Below, one piece after another: positions 24,272 through 36,872 of a stretch of 64,000 nucleotides of DNA. The stretch is from Antechinus flavipes (lineage: Eukaryota): the NCBI RefSeq assembly GCF_016432865.1, contig NC_067399.1, positions 59,334,001 through 59,398,000 on the forward strand, written 5' to 3'. A model generated the notes under the pieces. It made no database searches, was not told the origin of the DNA, and worked only from the letters and a program-made list of their open reading frames with translations. Numbering within the stretch: position 1 is the stretch's first letter; the number at the start of each line of letters is the position of its first letter. The translations under genes and the position numbers were made by a program.

Positions 24272-26859
24272 TATGATTTCATTACGCTGGTTAATTCCCA
24301 GTACAATAATTCCTTCCACCAACACAGATGACGAACCATCCAAGGCTTAACAGAGAAATCCTAGGAAGTGCCTGAAATGCAAAGGGGTAAGATGGTTTGC
24401 ACAGGGTCACACAGACCAAAGCACCAGATCCAGTATTTGAACTCAAGTCTTTCCCACTTCCCTGTGGCCCTTTGTCCACTATAGCACGGCGTCTCTAGTT
24501 TCGTGTCATCCACAGACTTTTATATATTTGTGCATGAAGCTGGGAGGAAAGGGACTATATTGGAAGACAGAATCAGCATCCCAAAAGAATCAGGATTTGT
24601 GATTCTAAATCCTAGGAAAATTCAGTCCACTGTACCATGCTGCCTCCCCTCGGCAGTCATAAAACTGTCGCTTGCATTCTCCCCTTAAACTTTGCCATTG
24701 AAAAGTTAAATCCTTAGAACAGTTTAGTTGTGCCCGGGAGAAAATCAAAAGATCAGGTATGCCTATGTATGACTATATAAAGTTATAAATATAAATTTCC
24801 CAGAACTTTACCCAAAAAAGAAAAATCCCCATTGTACAGGAAGACATCAGAGGACCTAAGACAGAAATCACCTCTGCTACTTACTACCTGAAAAGAAGGT
24901 ACTTTCCATCTCTGTTTCCTCCCCCTGTACAATGAAGGCTGTTGGACTAAATGATCTCCACAGGCTCTTCCTTCCTAAGTCCTGACCCCAAAGAGGATCG
25001 GGGGCCTGTAACAAAGGCCGCCCTGATGGGCACGGGGTTGGGGAGTGGTCTTCCTCTTTGAGCTGGTGAAAAAGTCCTTGCTTAGAAAGAGCCTGCTAGA
25101 AGAACCAGCAGCTGGAGTCGGTCCAAATTCTTGGCCTGGTTCCTGGCTGCCAATTGTAGCATAAATTGTTAGCAAGCTTATGCTCTGTTTAAAAATATTG
25201 TTTGCTCTGTTTAAAAATATTTCCACTACTTCAACGACTACTCTATCCAAAGCCAGATATATGCTCGGCTTTGTTTGGGCAAATTATACACTCTCAAAGA
25301 CAACTTTCAGTGTAATATGATTGAGAGTTAAATCAACTATGGTCAAGTCCCTACAGTAAAGCTCGAAGAGCAAGTGTTAGGTTGACATGAGGTTGGCTTG
25401 GGCTGCTGGGGAAGGCCCAAGATTCTCATGTCTTTTTCCAGTGGATTTAGTTCTCAAAATCATTACTCACCCTGAAGAACTGTGACTATTGAGGGGACTT
25501 GGGCAGCAAAGTCATTAATTTACTGTCAAGAACAAGTTTTGAGCAGCTTCTAAAACCTCACTAGTTTTACAAACACAAGTTTCTCCCATTACAGGCAAAA
25601 CAGAGACTCCCTTTCATGTCCTGGGATCTGGTGAGAGGGATGGCAGCACCTGAGCCCTCCCAGGCGGTGCAGGGAGATTGCCGCTGGTCTCGGCATAGAA
25701 CCGCCCTCTTAGAAGCAGGTTTTTTGCCGTCTTATAACTTCACAGAGCACACTTACATTCATTTTGCCCAAAGCAGTGAAGGTCTATTTTTGGACCTGCT
25801 TCTAACACTTAGAAAGATCATCTCAAATGTTGCTGTTGATGCATGAGGCCCAGGAAAGAAAGGGGGACATGCAGGACAAAATCAGAAATTATTCACAATA
25901 TTTCAATGGCATCATTTCCCTTCCATTTTAAACTATATTCAGTCTTAGAACTATAGTGATCCTCCTCCCCAACCTGATGCTACAGGGTTTTTTTTTTTTT
26001 TAAGAATAGGATTATTAATACAAAATTATCCAATTTTAGTTTCATGTTATAAACTAGGAAGTTTTTCTAGAGGCCAAAACTAGAGCCCTCACTTCATGCA
26101 GACTGGGCTCAATCTTGGTAGCTTCTCACCCATTATTCTTTCTAGCTCAGCCCCAATCCCAGTTTCCTAGAAATATCAAAATGTAACATGTCTAGGTCCC
26201 TACAGAAAAGTCAAAAGGGTCCTCAGTTCCCCTGCTTACACTCAGGCTAATGGTGAATCAACCTAACCTAAAAAAAAAATCACACAAACAAAGCTTAAAG
26301 ATCTCCCACCTCATCCTACAACTTGTCAAGTCAGCCCTCTCTCTCTGTCAGGTAGCCCACACAGCTATGCTGCCCTTTATATTCACAGCACCATGAGCAG
26401 GCTCCAAAAAGGGGGAGAGGCCCTAGGAATCACTCTCTGTTCTTCTGATGAACCTCATCTCCCCTAAAAGTCTCAGGCTCCAGACTCACAGAACTACATG
26501 GAGGATCCTTGCCATTCGGGAAATCCCTAGGCCATTCCTAGACCTTTCCAAAGACTTTCACAATCCACACAGTTCACAGAACTAAAAGAAGCTACAGTCC
26601 GGCTTTAGACCTCCATGTTGTGGTTCTGCCCCTTGTTACTTCTCAGCTTCTGTTCTCACTTGGCCTTGGAACTCAGATTCTCCAAGGATTCCTCTCTCCA
26701 AGATGTCAGGTCCAGGAACACCTCATCTGTGTCCTTATCTCCTCTCTTAAACAATGTGGCTCTTTCTCTCACCGGCCACTATTCCCTGGAAAATATGCAA
26801 ATATGCAGAGCTCTTTCCAGGGAATAAAATTTGAGTCCCTGTAGGTCCTCTTTTATTTG

Positions 26860-27070
26860 CATCTCCCTCTCTCCTCTCTCTCTTCTATTTTTGTCTTCTC
26901 TGTCTCTCTCTTCTCTATTTTCTCTGTCTCTTTCTTCTGTCTCTCTCTCCCTCCTTCCCCCACTTCCTTTCTCTCTCTCTCTTTCTCCCTCTCTCTCTCT
27001 CTCTCTCTCTTCCTTTCTCTCTCTCCCTCTTTCTCTCTCTGTCTCTCTCTTTCTCCCCCCCCCCTCTCCT
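26860..27070. repeat. CT-rich low-complexity / (CT)n tract
   Basis: Direct reading. Confidence 0.9.
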
Positions 27071-27994
27071 TAATATTTATTTTATCTATGACCTATACTT
27101 CTTTTTTTTCTAATTTTATTTTATTTTCCCAATTACATGTTAAGACAATTTTTTAACATTTGGGTTTGGGTTTTTGTTTGTTTTATCTGTATCTCTTAGG
27201 ATCTCTATTTCTCTAGTTTCCCTTTATTAAAGCCTCATAGGCTAGTCAACTAGTCAAGTATCAATCAATATGAGGTCAATGGGTCCCGATATCCAGGGTA
27301 AGGAGAATTCACAGCCCACCAAGAAGACATCATCAGGGCCAGAGCAGAGTTTAAAATGTGGCAGGATGGATATCTGTCCCTATATAGAGAGACATCTTCA
27401 AAGCCAGAACAAAGGTCTCACCATTTAATCTTTTAGCTTCACGTGGCTCTCCAAGAGCCACGTACTCAGGCCTGTCACTTCCAGCCCAGGTTCCAGGCTG
27501 CCGGCATTTCAGTTTCAGGGTTCCCTTGACGATCGTTGGTTCTGATTCTGAGCCCTTCCCCTCACCAGCGTTATGATGATGCTACAAGGATGGTAGGGGA
27601 TATTTGTCTGAGGCTCCTCTCCTCACTGGCCAATGGCCCAGGCAGCTCTGGCCTTTTAGAGAATAAGAAAGCCTCTGCTTCAGACTGCCTAGAAGCCCCT
27701 CTAAAAATTAACCAGAAACCTGGTTCTTCAGAGGATGCAACATCACCCGGACTTGGGGCATCACAGCTAGGTCCAAAGGATGCGAGCAAGTCGGTACAAT
27801 TAGGTAGACTTGAAACAGAAATGGTCATTAATAAGTCAAAGTCTACTTGGAAAGAGGCCCCCCAGGGATCTATCCTGTTTAACATGCTTACCAGTAACTT
27901 GGATAAAAGAACAGATTGCAAGCTTATCAACTACACAGCTGACACAATTCTGATAAATATAAAATCTTACAGTTGGGCTTTTTAAAAAATCTAA

Positions 27995-28144
27995 GGGGCA
28001 GCTAGTTAGTGTAGAGAATAGAGCACCCACCCTGAAGTCAGGAGGACCTTTGTTCAAATCTGCCCTCAGAACTTCACTTCCTGACTGTGTGCCCCTGGGA
28101 AAGTCACCTAATCCCGATTGCCTCAGCAAAAAAAAAAAAAAAAA
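27995..28144 (+). mobile_element. WSINE1-like SINE, apparently inserted in an L3/CR1 fragment
   Basis: ggggcagctagttagtgtagagaatagagcacccaccctgaagtcaggaggacctttgttcaaatc...cccgattgcctcagc plus poly-A. CR1 RT-like sequence at ~27780-27990. Confidence 0.8.
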
Positions 28145-28610
28145 TTCATAGTAGAACATATAGAAGACATATCTAGATAGTACTTTATCTGAAACTGAAA
28201 ACAATTGAGGGGAGGGGCGGTCTTGGTAGACTGCTATTTCAATTTGTGTCAACAGTATGTTAGGAAAGCCAAGAAAGCTCACATGTGTACAAAGAGACAT
28301 AGTTATGGGGCAGCCATCCTCCCGGACTTAATCCCACCGACTACATCCAAACCTCACATTTTAAGAAGGACTTTGATAAGCTGGACTATCCAGGAGAGGA
28401 AAGAGACAGATTAGTCAAAAACATTCTGTGAGCACGATTGCAAACTGAGCAGTTCCCGCTATTCCCTCCTTCTGGATTTCCCAAATCCTTATCATCGGTG
28501 ACAGTGAGGAGGACGGTTAGAAGGCTCCAAAATCCACAAGCTTGCCGCCGTCTCGGCTCCTTCTCCAGGGGCCAAGGACAGTCCTTAGGGGTTTTAGGAG
28601 GCTGTTGTCC

Positions 28611-28643
<33 letters not shown>
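28611..28643. repeat. (CA)n microsatellite
   Basis: Direct reading. Confidence 0.95.
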
Positions 28644-28644
<1 letters not shown>

Positions 28645-28811
28645 CCCACCACCACTAGTGCCAGGCGAATATCTTTGAAGGAAAAGTCTGCGATGCGTAA
28701 TGGGGGATATCAGTCTCCCCGTTCCCAGGGGGCTGCTCGCGGGCAGGTGCCGGCCACCTGACCAGGAGATGGGTGACCCAGGTTCTCTTTGTGGTCCTTT
28801 TTCCCCTCTAG

Positions 28812-28967
28812 AAGACAGCACCATTCGATGTGAACAACTGAATCAGCTTCAGGATTGGCTGGCTGATTTCCGAAAATCTACCTCCTCCTCCAGCACAGCC
28901 AATCCCGAGGAGCTCGTGGCATTTGATGTGCTTTGCGGAGACTTCAACTTTGACAACAGCTCTTCTG
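28812..28967 (+). CDS. SMPD3: nSMase2 coding exon 3 (156 nt; (E)DSTIRCEQLNQLQDWL...VLCGDFNFDNSSS)
   Basis: ttcccctctag acceptor, G|gtaaga donor, phase 1-1. Catalytic GDFN motif present. Confidence 0.97.
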
Positions 28968-30315
28968 GTAAGATGGCTTCCCTCTCTCCGCCTCCTCTCG
29001 TCCTGTGGATCCGAACCGGGTCCTGGAAGCCTCATTCTGCCTCAGGCACTTGGGGCACATCCTATCGTGGTGCCTGCCTCCAGTTCCCCATCGTTAAAGT
29101 GAGGAGGCTGGACGAGGTGGTCTCTGAGGTCTCGGAGGGGAGGTTGGGACTATCCTTCTTACTTACCCGAGCCCCTGGCGACACAGCATCAGGCATTCTC
29201 ACCCAACCATATATTTTGAAAATAAAAAGCTATTATTTAAAAAAAAAAAAAAGTTAAGAATCTGGCCATTAAGAAATGAGCAATAAACCTGATTTTCTTT
29301 TTAAAATTGGATGTGAGGAAAGGTGGCTCTCCTTATATCATAGAAATAGGCTAATTATTCCAATAAGGAACATAGGGCATTGCTTTCAGGAAGGCTATGA
29401 AAAATGTGGTCTTTCACTTTGGTTTTGGATGATAATAAAAATAATATCATTTATGTAGTAAGCTTTAAGGTTTGTGAAGCATTTTGTATGCGTCCTCTTA
29501 CTGGATCCTCCCTAAAACCCCATGAGGCAGCTACTCTCACCATAACCATTTTACAGATGGGGAAACTGAGGCTAAAAGAAATTAAGGCAATAAAGGTTAG
29601 AGGGAGGATTTGAACTCAGATTTCCTGCCTCGGGACCATGCATTGGGCCACATGACTGTCTCTGGGCAGACAAACAGATCCTTCCTCTTTTGGACAAATG
29701 CACCAAGCCTGGGGCTGAACCCCACAACGCTGGACACCAAGGAGAGGGGAAGGGGCCGTGAGGAAGGGGGAGCCTAACCCCAAATCTGTCCTGGGATCGC
29801 TTGCTCCTGAGGCAGCGAAATGATTTTAAGGACTGATCCTTCAGGAACTCAGGAGGGAAGCCAAGGCCACGGGGGGGAGAATGGGGTCCGCTTGGACAGG
29901 AGAGAATTAGGGGGCCTGGGGGAAGGAATGGAACATTTTAAAAAAGAACTTTTATCAAGATAGCCTTGTCCCTCTCACTCTTTCAGAGCAGCGCCCTTGT
30001 GTCCTTGGTGCTTCCTCAGTGTCAGCTCAGTAACATTTTTGGGAGATGATTCCCAGGTGCACATTCAGGGTCTAGAAGCATCTTGTGGCAGACACTGTTA
30101 AAGCTAAGTCTAGGCATCCTCCCGGGACCCCCGCGCGGCCTCCTTGAGTGACCAGTGACCGCCGACACAGCAGCATCTCCCCCCGGGCAGGACCCCCAGG
30201 GCCGGCCCTGGCAGAGGCTCTGCTTGGCTCAGGGTCCCTGCTGGGCAGCCCAAAGGGGGGGCAGAGGGGCCTTTGCTCGGGAAGAGGCCTGGCTAACTCC
30301 TTCTTCTCTGTTCAG

Positions 30316-30405
30316 ATGACAAGCTGGTACAACAGCACTCCCTGTTTACACACTACAAGGATCCATGCCGTATTGGTCCAGGGGAGGATAAGCCGTGGGC
30401 AATTG
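30316..30405 (+). CDS. SMPD3: nSMase2 coding exon 4 (90 nt; (D)DKLVQQHSLFTHYKDPCRIGPGEDKPWAI)
   Basis: ttctctgttcag acceptor, G|gtaagg donor, phase 1-1. Confidence 0.97.
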
Positions 30406-30916
30406 GTAAGGCTCCCCAGCGTGGTCGCTGCGCCAACCAGGGACCCCCGAGGGGCGTGTGGGGAGGGGGAAGTGTGGGCAGCTGGGCGCCTGCTGGTGTG
30501 GGTTCTGACCGTGGGAGCACAGACGTTCCTGCATGGAAACCAGGGCGTGCACAAGGGGCTGGGGCTTTTCCAGGGAAGACCACCGACGCACAGGAGGACA
30601 GACATGGACTACAGGGTGCCCACCTTCCCCTGTCCAAATGGCCCCTCCTTTGTCATCCCTTTCATCCACTTTCCTTGGGAAAAAATCAAATGGTCCAGTC
30701 CATTTCCCAAGACCAGCAGAGGGGAGAGCAGAAGTGCTGAGGGAGAAGGGAGAAGGAGAGGGTCCGCCCCCATCCAGACTGCCCTTCCTTCCTCTCCCCT
30801 CAGAAACCCCGTCTGGGTGGGCAGGGGTGCACACATGCCAGCTTAGCCCACGGAACATCAAGGCCGTCCGTCTTCTGGGGCCCGCAGTTCTCACTCTCGT
30901 ATCCTCTTGGTTCCAG

Positions 30917-30980
30917 GTACTTTTTTAAAACAAGATCGCCTCCACGACGAGGAGGTGGGCACTCCAGACAATCTGCAAAA
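30917..30980 (+). CDS. SMPD3: nSMase2 coding exon 5 (64 nt; (G)TFLKQDRLHDEEVGTPDNLQ(K))
   Basis: ttggttccag acceptor, AA|gtaagc donor, phase 1-2. TPDNLQK conserved. Confidence 0.95.
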
Positions 30981-31704
30981 GTAAGCTGCTGCACCCTGAC
31001 GCTTTCCCTTAGCAGGCAGAAATCCCGGGCTGGGCCCTGACCCCCAGGACAAGTTCATAGAGGCCCCACGGCAAAGTGGAAAGGGAGCTGGCTTTGGGAT
31101 CAGAGGACCCCAGAGTCCAGTCCTGGGTGTCCCTTATTCCTCCGGGACTCCTGAGTTCTGGGCCTCAGCTTCCTCATCTGAAAAGTAGGGGTTGCACAAG
31201 GCGGCCTCTGGAGGCCTCTGTAACCCCCCATGCACATCTCACTTTAAGGGGATCAGTGATAACTCTATGGACAGCCAAAGCCTACCTGCAGAAAAAGGAA
31301 GCAAAGTCTCACTAGATTATTACATCAAAAGCAACAAAGAACCCACACAGGCTGGCACGGTGAAAGGGGAGCTGGCTTTGGAGTCAAAGAACCGGGTCCT
31401 CCCTACTCACTCCCTCTGGGACCCTCACTTTCCTCATTTGGGAGTGGGGGAGTCAATGGGGAGAGATGCTCTGAGGCTCCTTCCAGCTCCGCGAGCCGAG
31501 GCTGAGGCACAAGGGAATCTCCCTCCCGGGTTCCAGCTTTTCCAGACGCACAAGCAACATGGCAGCTCTTGTAAGGCTGCTCCCCAGTCCCAGGGAGGAA
31601 ATGGCCAGAGACCCGGCCGGGAGCGGTCCCCAACTAGCAATTGCACCAGGACCCCTCAGGAGACAGCAGCCCTTTGCATTTAAAAATGGGCAGGAGGCCG
31701 AGGA

Positions 31705-31707
<3 letters not shown>

Positions 31708-31772
<65 letters not shown>
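31708..31772. repeat. Compound (TC)n(AC)n microsatellite
   Basis: Direct reading. Confidence 0.95.
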
Positions 31773-31777
<5 letters not shown>

Positions 31778-31900
31778 TAGGAGCCTGAGATTGTTGAAGA
31801 CGTTCACATCTGTTCATTTCCAACAAACCGAAGGTGCCAGGCTGGTGGTCAGATCTTAGCACACACATTGCTGAGTGTTTCCTCCACACAACACCTCCAT

Positions 31901-32158
31901 TGTCCCCCCACCCTTCTCCCTCCGCTGCCCCCCTTCTCTCTCCACTGCCCCCCATCCTTCTCCCTCCACTGCCCCCCACTCTTCTTCCCTCACTGCCTCC
32001 CACCCTTCTCTCTCCATTGCCCCCCACCCTTCTCCCTCCACTGCCCCCCATCCTTCTCCCTCCACTGCCCCCCACCCTTCTCCCTCCACTGCCCCCCACC
32101 CTTCTCCCTCCACTGCCCCCCACCCTTCTCCCTCCACTGCCCTTCACCCTTCTCCCTC
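31901..32158. repeat. 24-bp C-rich minisatellite (~10.5 copies)
   Basis: Unit ctgccccccacccttctccctcca. Period 24 verified at 32041/32065. Confidence 0.95.
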
Positions 32159-32439
32159 ATGTGAATGAACTGTGGGTATCACCTGGGAAGGGCCCCAGGT
32201 TGGAAGCTGAGCTGCTTCTTGGCTGAGGAGCAGCTCCTAGTTCTTCACCTTCATGATCCGTGACTATTATTCTCATTATCCTCTTCCATGCTCACGGTAA
32301 TCAAACCTCTTTCACAAAGGGCTTCCTTCATTAAAAAGAACATACAAATGGATTTTCCAGCTAGAATTTGACTTTTTCATTCAACATGTCCCACTTACAC
32401 TTGGTTTCCTCACAAAGGGAGTTGAATTGGGCCATTCAT

Positions 32440-33370
32440 TAAGTCAGTCAATCAACAAGCATTTATTAGGTGTTCAGGAAAAACTCTGTACTAACCACAA
32501 TCCTGAAAATGGGAGGCTGGGAGGAAGGGTCCTCCTGCGTGGATCCTCAGCAGGCCAGTATTAACAGGAGAGGAAAGTGTAGAGGGAAACAAGATACAAG
32601 AAAACCAGAGAAGGAGGAAGGGGCCAGACAAAGGAAGGATTGTATTTGATCCTCAAAGTAACAGGGAGCCACTGGAGTTTATCAAATAAGGGGATTATAT
32701 GGTCAGATTAAAAATATCTCCTTGGCAAGGACTGGGGAAGATGAACTGCAATTGTATGAGACTAAAGGTAGAGAGCCCAAACAGAAAGCTCTTACAATAA
32801 ATCCAGGATGAGTTCAGAAAAGGGGACATATGCATGAGATATTGCAGAGAAAGAAATGATAAGATCTGGCAACAGACTGGGCACGTGGAGTGAGCAGGAA
32901 GGCGTCAAGGGAACCTGAGTGGCCAGAAAGGCTTCACAGCAATAAGGGGAAAAGGAGGAGTTGAGTTGGGGAGAGAGCTAAGTTCTGATTCAGACATGTT
33001 GAGTTTGAGATGTCTATTGGACATGTAGTTCAAAATGTCCAATAGAGAAGTAGTGATGCAGAACTGAAGACCAAGGGGGAAACTAGGACTGGATCTGAAT
33101 AGAGATGATCTCTGAATAGGAAGGGGAGAGGGAGAGGAATGGGAAGAGACAGAGACAGAGAGCCACACAGAGAGACAGAGATAGAGAGACAAAAAGACAG
33201 AGAGAGGGAGAGAGAATAGGAAGAGGAAAGGAAAGGAGAAGGCTCAGGATGGAATCTTGGGGGACGTGCGGAGTTTGTGAATGAAGATTCAGCAAAAGAG
33301 ACCGGACAGGAACAGCTGGGCAGGCAGGAGGACCAGGAAAGGACAGTCACAAAAATTCAGGAAGAGATAG
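32440..33370 (-). mobile_element. L2 LINE fragment with embedded GA-rich tract
   Basis: L2 tail (agtcaatcaacaagcatttattaggtg) and diagnostic agttctgattcagacatgttgagtttgagatgtctattggacat. Approximate. Confidence 0.55.
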
Positions 33371-36236
33371 GGTCAACAAACACTTATTAACTACCTGCTG
33401 TTTTTAGAGCCCTGGGCCCCATGCTAAGAAAAACACCAAGCTGAGAAAAAACATAGTTTCTACTCCTAGGGAGTTCACAGTCGAACAACTCTAAGACACA
33501 AAGACAGATATGTTCCCACCATCCCCTTGTCAGGCTCATTAGATCAGCAGCTGAGGTAATGGCTCCCGCAGCATGGGAGGCCTTGTGCTTGCAGCTGGAG
33601 TTCACAATGTGGGCAAATGCAGGGGCCCTTGGGGAAACTGAGGGCTCTAAGGTGCTTCCTTCCCTGTCCAGCCATGGGTTGTGCATGGAACAAAGCTCAA
33701 AGAGCTCACCGTTACCTAAAGTTACTTCCCCTGAAGACAACAGGTTTCAAGCTCAACTGCCTCCTAATGGGAGGAAAATCTTCAACCATGAAACTAGGCA
33801 GAGAAGCCAAGTGTTGGTATTGGCAAGGGCTGCAGGCCAGGTATCAATTTCCCTTGGCCTATTAATAAAATTGGACCACTGGGTTACATGATTCACATTG
33901 GTCAATGGGGCCGGCCACAAAGTTTGGTCTTTCATTCAAAAAGCCATTAGAGTAATACTTTGTTAGCTCCTCATGAGTTCCACTGAGCTCAGGGCTGCCA
34001 ATGCTCTCTGTACATCACTTAACTCCTTGGTCCCTATTTGGAAATGGAGTAACAACAAATCAAGTTTATCGACAATGCTTTAAGATTGTTTTTCTCACGG
34101 CAACACTGAGTTAAGTAGCGCCAGAATTTTTATTCCATTTTGACAATGAGTTATTAAAAAAACAGCTTAAAGAGATAATAGTTTGACCACTTGGATAAAA
34201 AGGCTCCATCAGACTAAGTGTGAAACCTCCTCCATGACATAGCTACTTTGCATTAAACTGACTTCCAATAAAGCAAAGTCAATGGCCAGCAGCCACCAAT
34301 TAAATAATAGAAGCAAGTAAATCTAATACAAGTTGGTAACTTTCCAAGCAAAGAGAATTCCATCACAGGCAGATCGCGTTCTAGAATCTAAATGAGATTT
34401 TCACAAAGGACATACGTTTTGCAAGACCAACATTTGAAGCAATTTCTAATTCAAAGGCTAAAATTATATGACTTCAGAGCTGTCTCTTCTTACAGCTAAT
34501 TTGAGGCAATTAATTAGATTATATTCTAAATCCAAAGCACTATCCTATACCAAGAAAATTATCTTTTATGAGGAGATGATTAAAAAATGACTCCTATCCT
34601 TTGCTTATCAGTAACTCTCAGATCACTGATGCTGGAATTAATTAGGGAAGGCAAATGGATGATAATGGATTCCATTTCTGAGATTTAATGATGTTCTGGA
34701 TGTTATTAGAATATTTATCTTTAATGCTGATAAATTGCTTCTTGTAGAAACCCATGTTCACGCGTTGAACCATTTTCATGCTCTTATTTGCAATTTGGCT
34801 ACGATTTAACTGACCCCATCCAGAACACCATTTTAAAACTACGCAGTATTTCTTATCTTCTACTTCATCGTTGATGCTTCTGAAGAGTTTACTGGAGGAA
34901 AGACATTTTCTAGCTTGTTCATCCTCTTGAACTAATTCCTAGCTTCAAGTTTATAGATTTTTCTTAGAAGTGGCAGGTGATTTGGGGGTAGCAGGGACAG
35001 GGGATGGTCTGTTTCTCACCCAAATGGAATAAAGTCTATATTCATTCCTACTGTCCAATGAGCAAGCCTAAAAGAGTAAGTCTAATCACAGAACCAGCAT
35101 GCTAGAAAGGAGCTCAAGCATAGTACTATGGAAAGAGAACAGAGCTAGAATCCTTGGTCTTGGGTTCAAACACCAACTCTGCCTCTTACCACTTACATGA
35201 CCCAAGTCCAGGCTCATCTATGAGACGAAAGGGTTGGATTCAATTACCTCTAAGGTCCTGCCAACTCTGAATTTACAATCCACTTCCACACCTTCACCTT
35301 ATGGACAAGAAAGCTAACTGCCCTAAGAAATGACTCCAAAATCACCCTGATAACAGGACTGAAACTAGAATCCAATACATCAGGCTGCTCTTATCTGAGA
35401 TAATAGCAAAACTCATTTCATCTGAATCAGTTTCATGGAAATAGTGTGAGGCATCCAGAAGTCATGAGAAGTGGGTTTCCCTAGTGTTAATTCAGTCCCT
35501 GTTCAATCCTACATGGCTCTGAAAGATCGCCTCACTACACCTGAATTTGTCCACCTGCTTATATGAAATGAATAACGGTTACCTAGTCAGAGGATTATAA
35601 GTTTGGAGCCACAAGCGACCGTAGAAATGCTCTAACCCAACTCCCTCATGTTACAGTTGAGGAAATTGAGGTCCAGAAAAGGTTATGAAAGGGATGATCA
35701 TCCAAGGCCCCACAAGAAGTGAAAACCAATGGGATTGGAATTCAAGTCCTCTGCCTCTAAAACCCAGCACTCTTTCCTGGACCCCATTGCCCCTCTGTTG
35801 TGAGATTCAATGAGATAGTGCACGTGAAAAAAATGTGTTCTTTTTAAGAAAATAAGGTGCCAACAGTTAGTTATGAAACATGAAACCAGGTCCTAGAAAA
35901 GGAGGCCTGAGTGGGCACACTCATCATGGAGCACAGATTACACATTTTGAGCATTTGTTTTTCTCCAGCAAAAAGAAGACAAAATGGACTGCTACTTCCA
36001 GCTTTCATGTTGGACTCTGGGAAGTCATTTTTGAGCCATTAAAAAAATTAAAAATTAAAGGCCACATTTCTAAAGCAGTGTCATCACAAAAGCAGTGGGA
36101 AAGCCCCAATTTGGACATCTCTGAAAGTTGTATTAGGGTTTGGGAAGCAGTTGGTCATCTTTCAAAAGCATCCCCCATCTGAAATGGGTGACCCTTGAGA
36201 CTATCTGCTCACAACTTATCTGTTTGTATGGTCTAG

Positions 36237-36390
36237 GGCTCTGGAAAGTGAAGAAGGGAGGAAAGAGTATATTGACTATCCCACCAGCAAGAACCATCCT
36301 ACCAACCAGAAGGTATTGGTGAAGGGCAACGGCAGGAGGATTGACTACATGCTCTATTCTGAGGAGGGGCTCTACCTGGAGTGGAAAGTG
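36237..36390 (+). CDS. SMPD3: nSMase2 coding exon 6 (154 nt; (K)ALESEEGRKEYIDYPTSK...KGNGRRIDYMLYSEEGLYLEWKV)
   Basis: gtctag acceptor, GTG|gtgagt donor, phase 2-0. RRIDY catalytic motif. One codon shorter than the recalled human exon. Confidence 0.96.
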
Positions 36391-36872
36391 GTGAGTTTTC
36401 CAGGAAAGCAGGTGTGCAGGGCAGCTGGGCAGTGGGCTGGTCCAAGCTACTTTGGCTGGCAGCCTGGGTGCCCACTCCCCAGGCTCAGGTGTGGCTTCTA
36501 TCTGAGCTGAGCACAACAAGTATCAGCTTGCTAGAATGGCTGTAGGTAAAAAGTTTTGAATTGGGGTGAAATATCTCAGGAGAGACAGCAGAGCATAAGC
36601 CAAAGAGTTCTGTATGTGGAGTCAGAAGGATTGCCCAGTGCCCACTCTGCTTCTAAGAAAAGACATATATGAACCTGGCCATCTCACATCTCTGCACCTG
36701 ATTTCTCGTGGGTATGAGGATAGATCGGGGGTTCTCATCTTGTTTGTGTCATGGGCCCTTTTGGTCATTTGATAAAGGCCATGGATTCAGAATCCTACTG
36801 GTTGACACATAGGATTACAGAGGAAAGTAACAAAATGCAAAGTTCAAAGTTTTGAGAGAGAGAATGTGAGAA

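Noticed and set aside
28700-28811. Upstream in-frame extension of SMPD3 exon 3 (and similar extensions around exons 4 and 6 in the ORF track)
   Set aside because: Intronic sequence that happens to be open; splice sites and phases define the true exons.
31680-32226. Pro-rich and Gly-rich repetitive ORFs
   Set aside because: Translations of the 24-bp minisatellite and the adjacent microsatellite.
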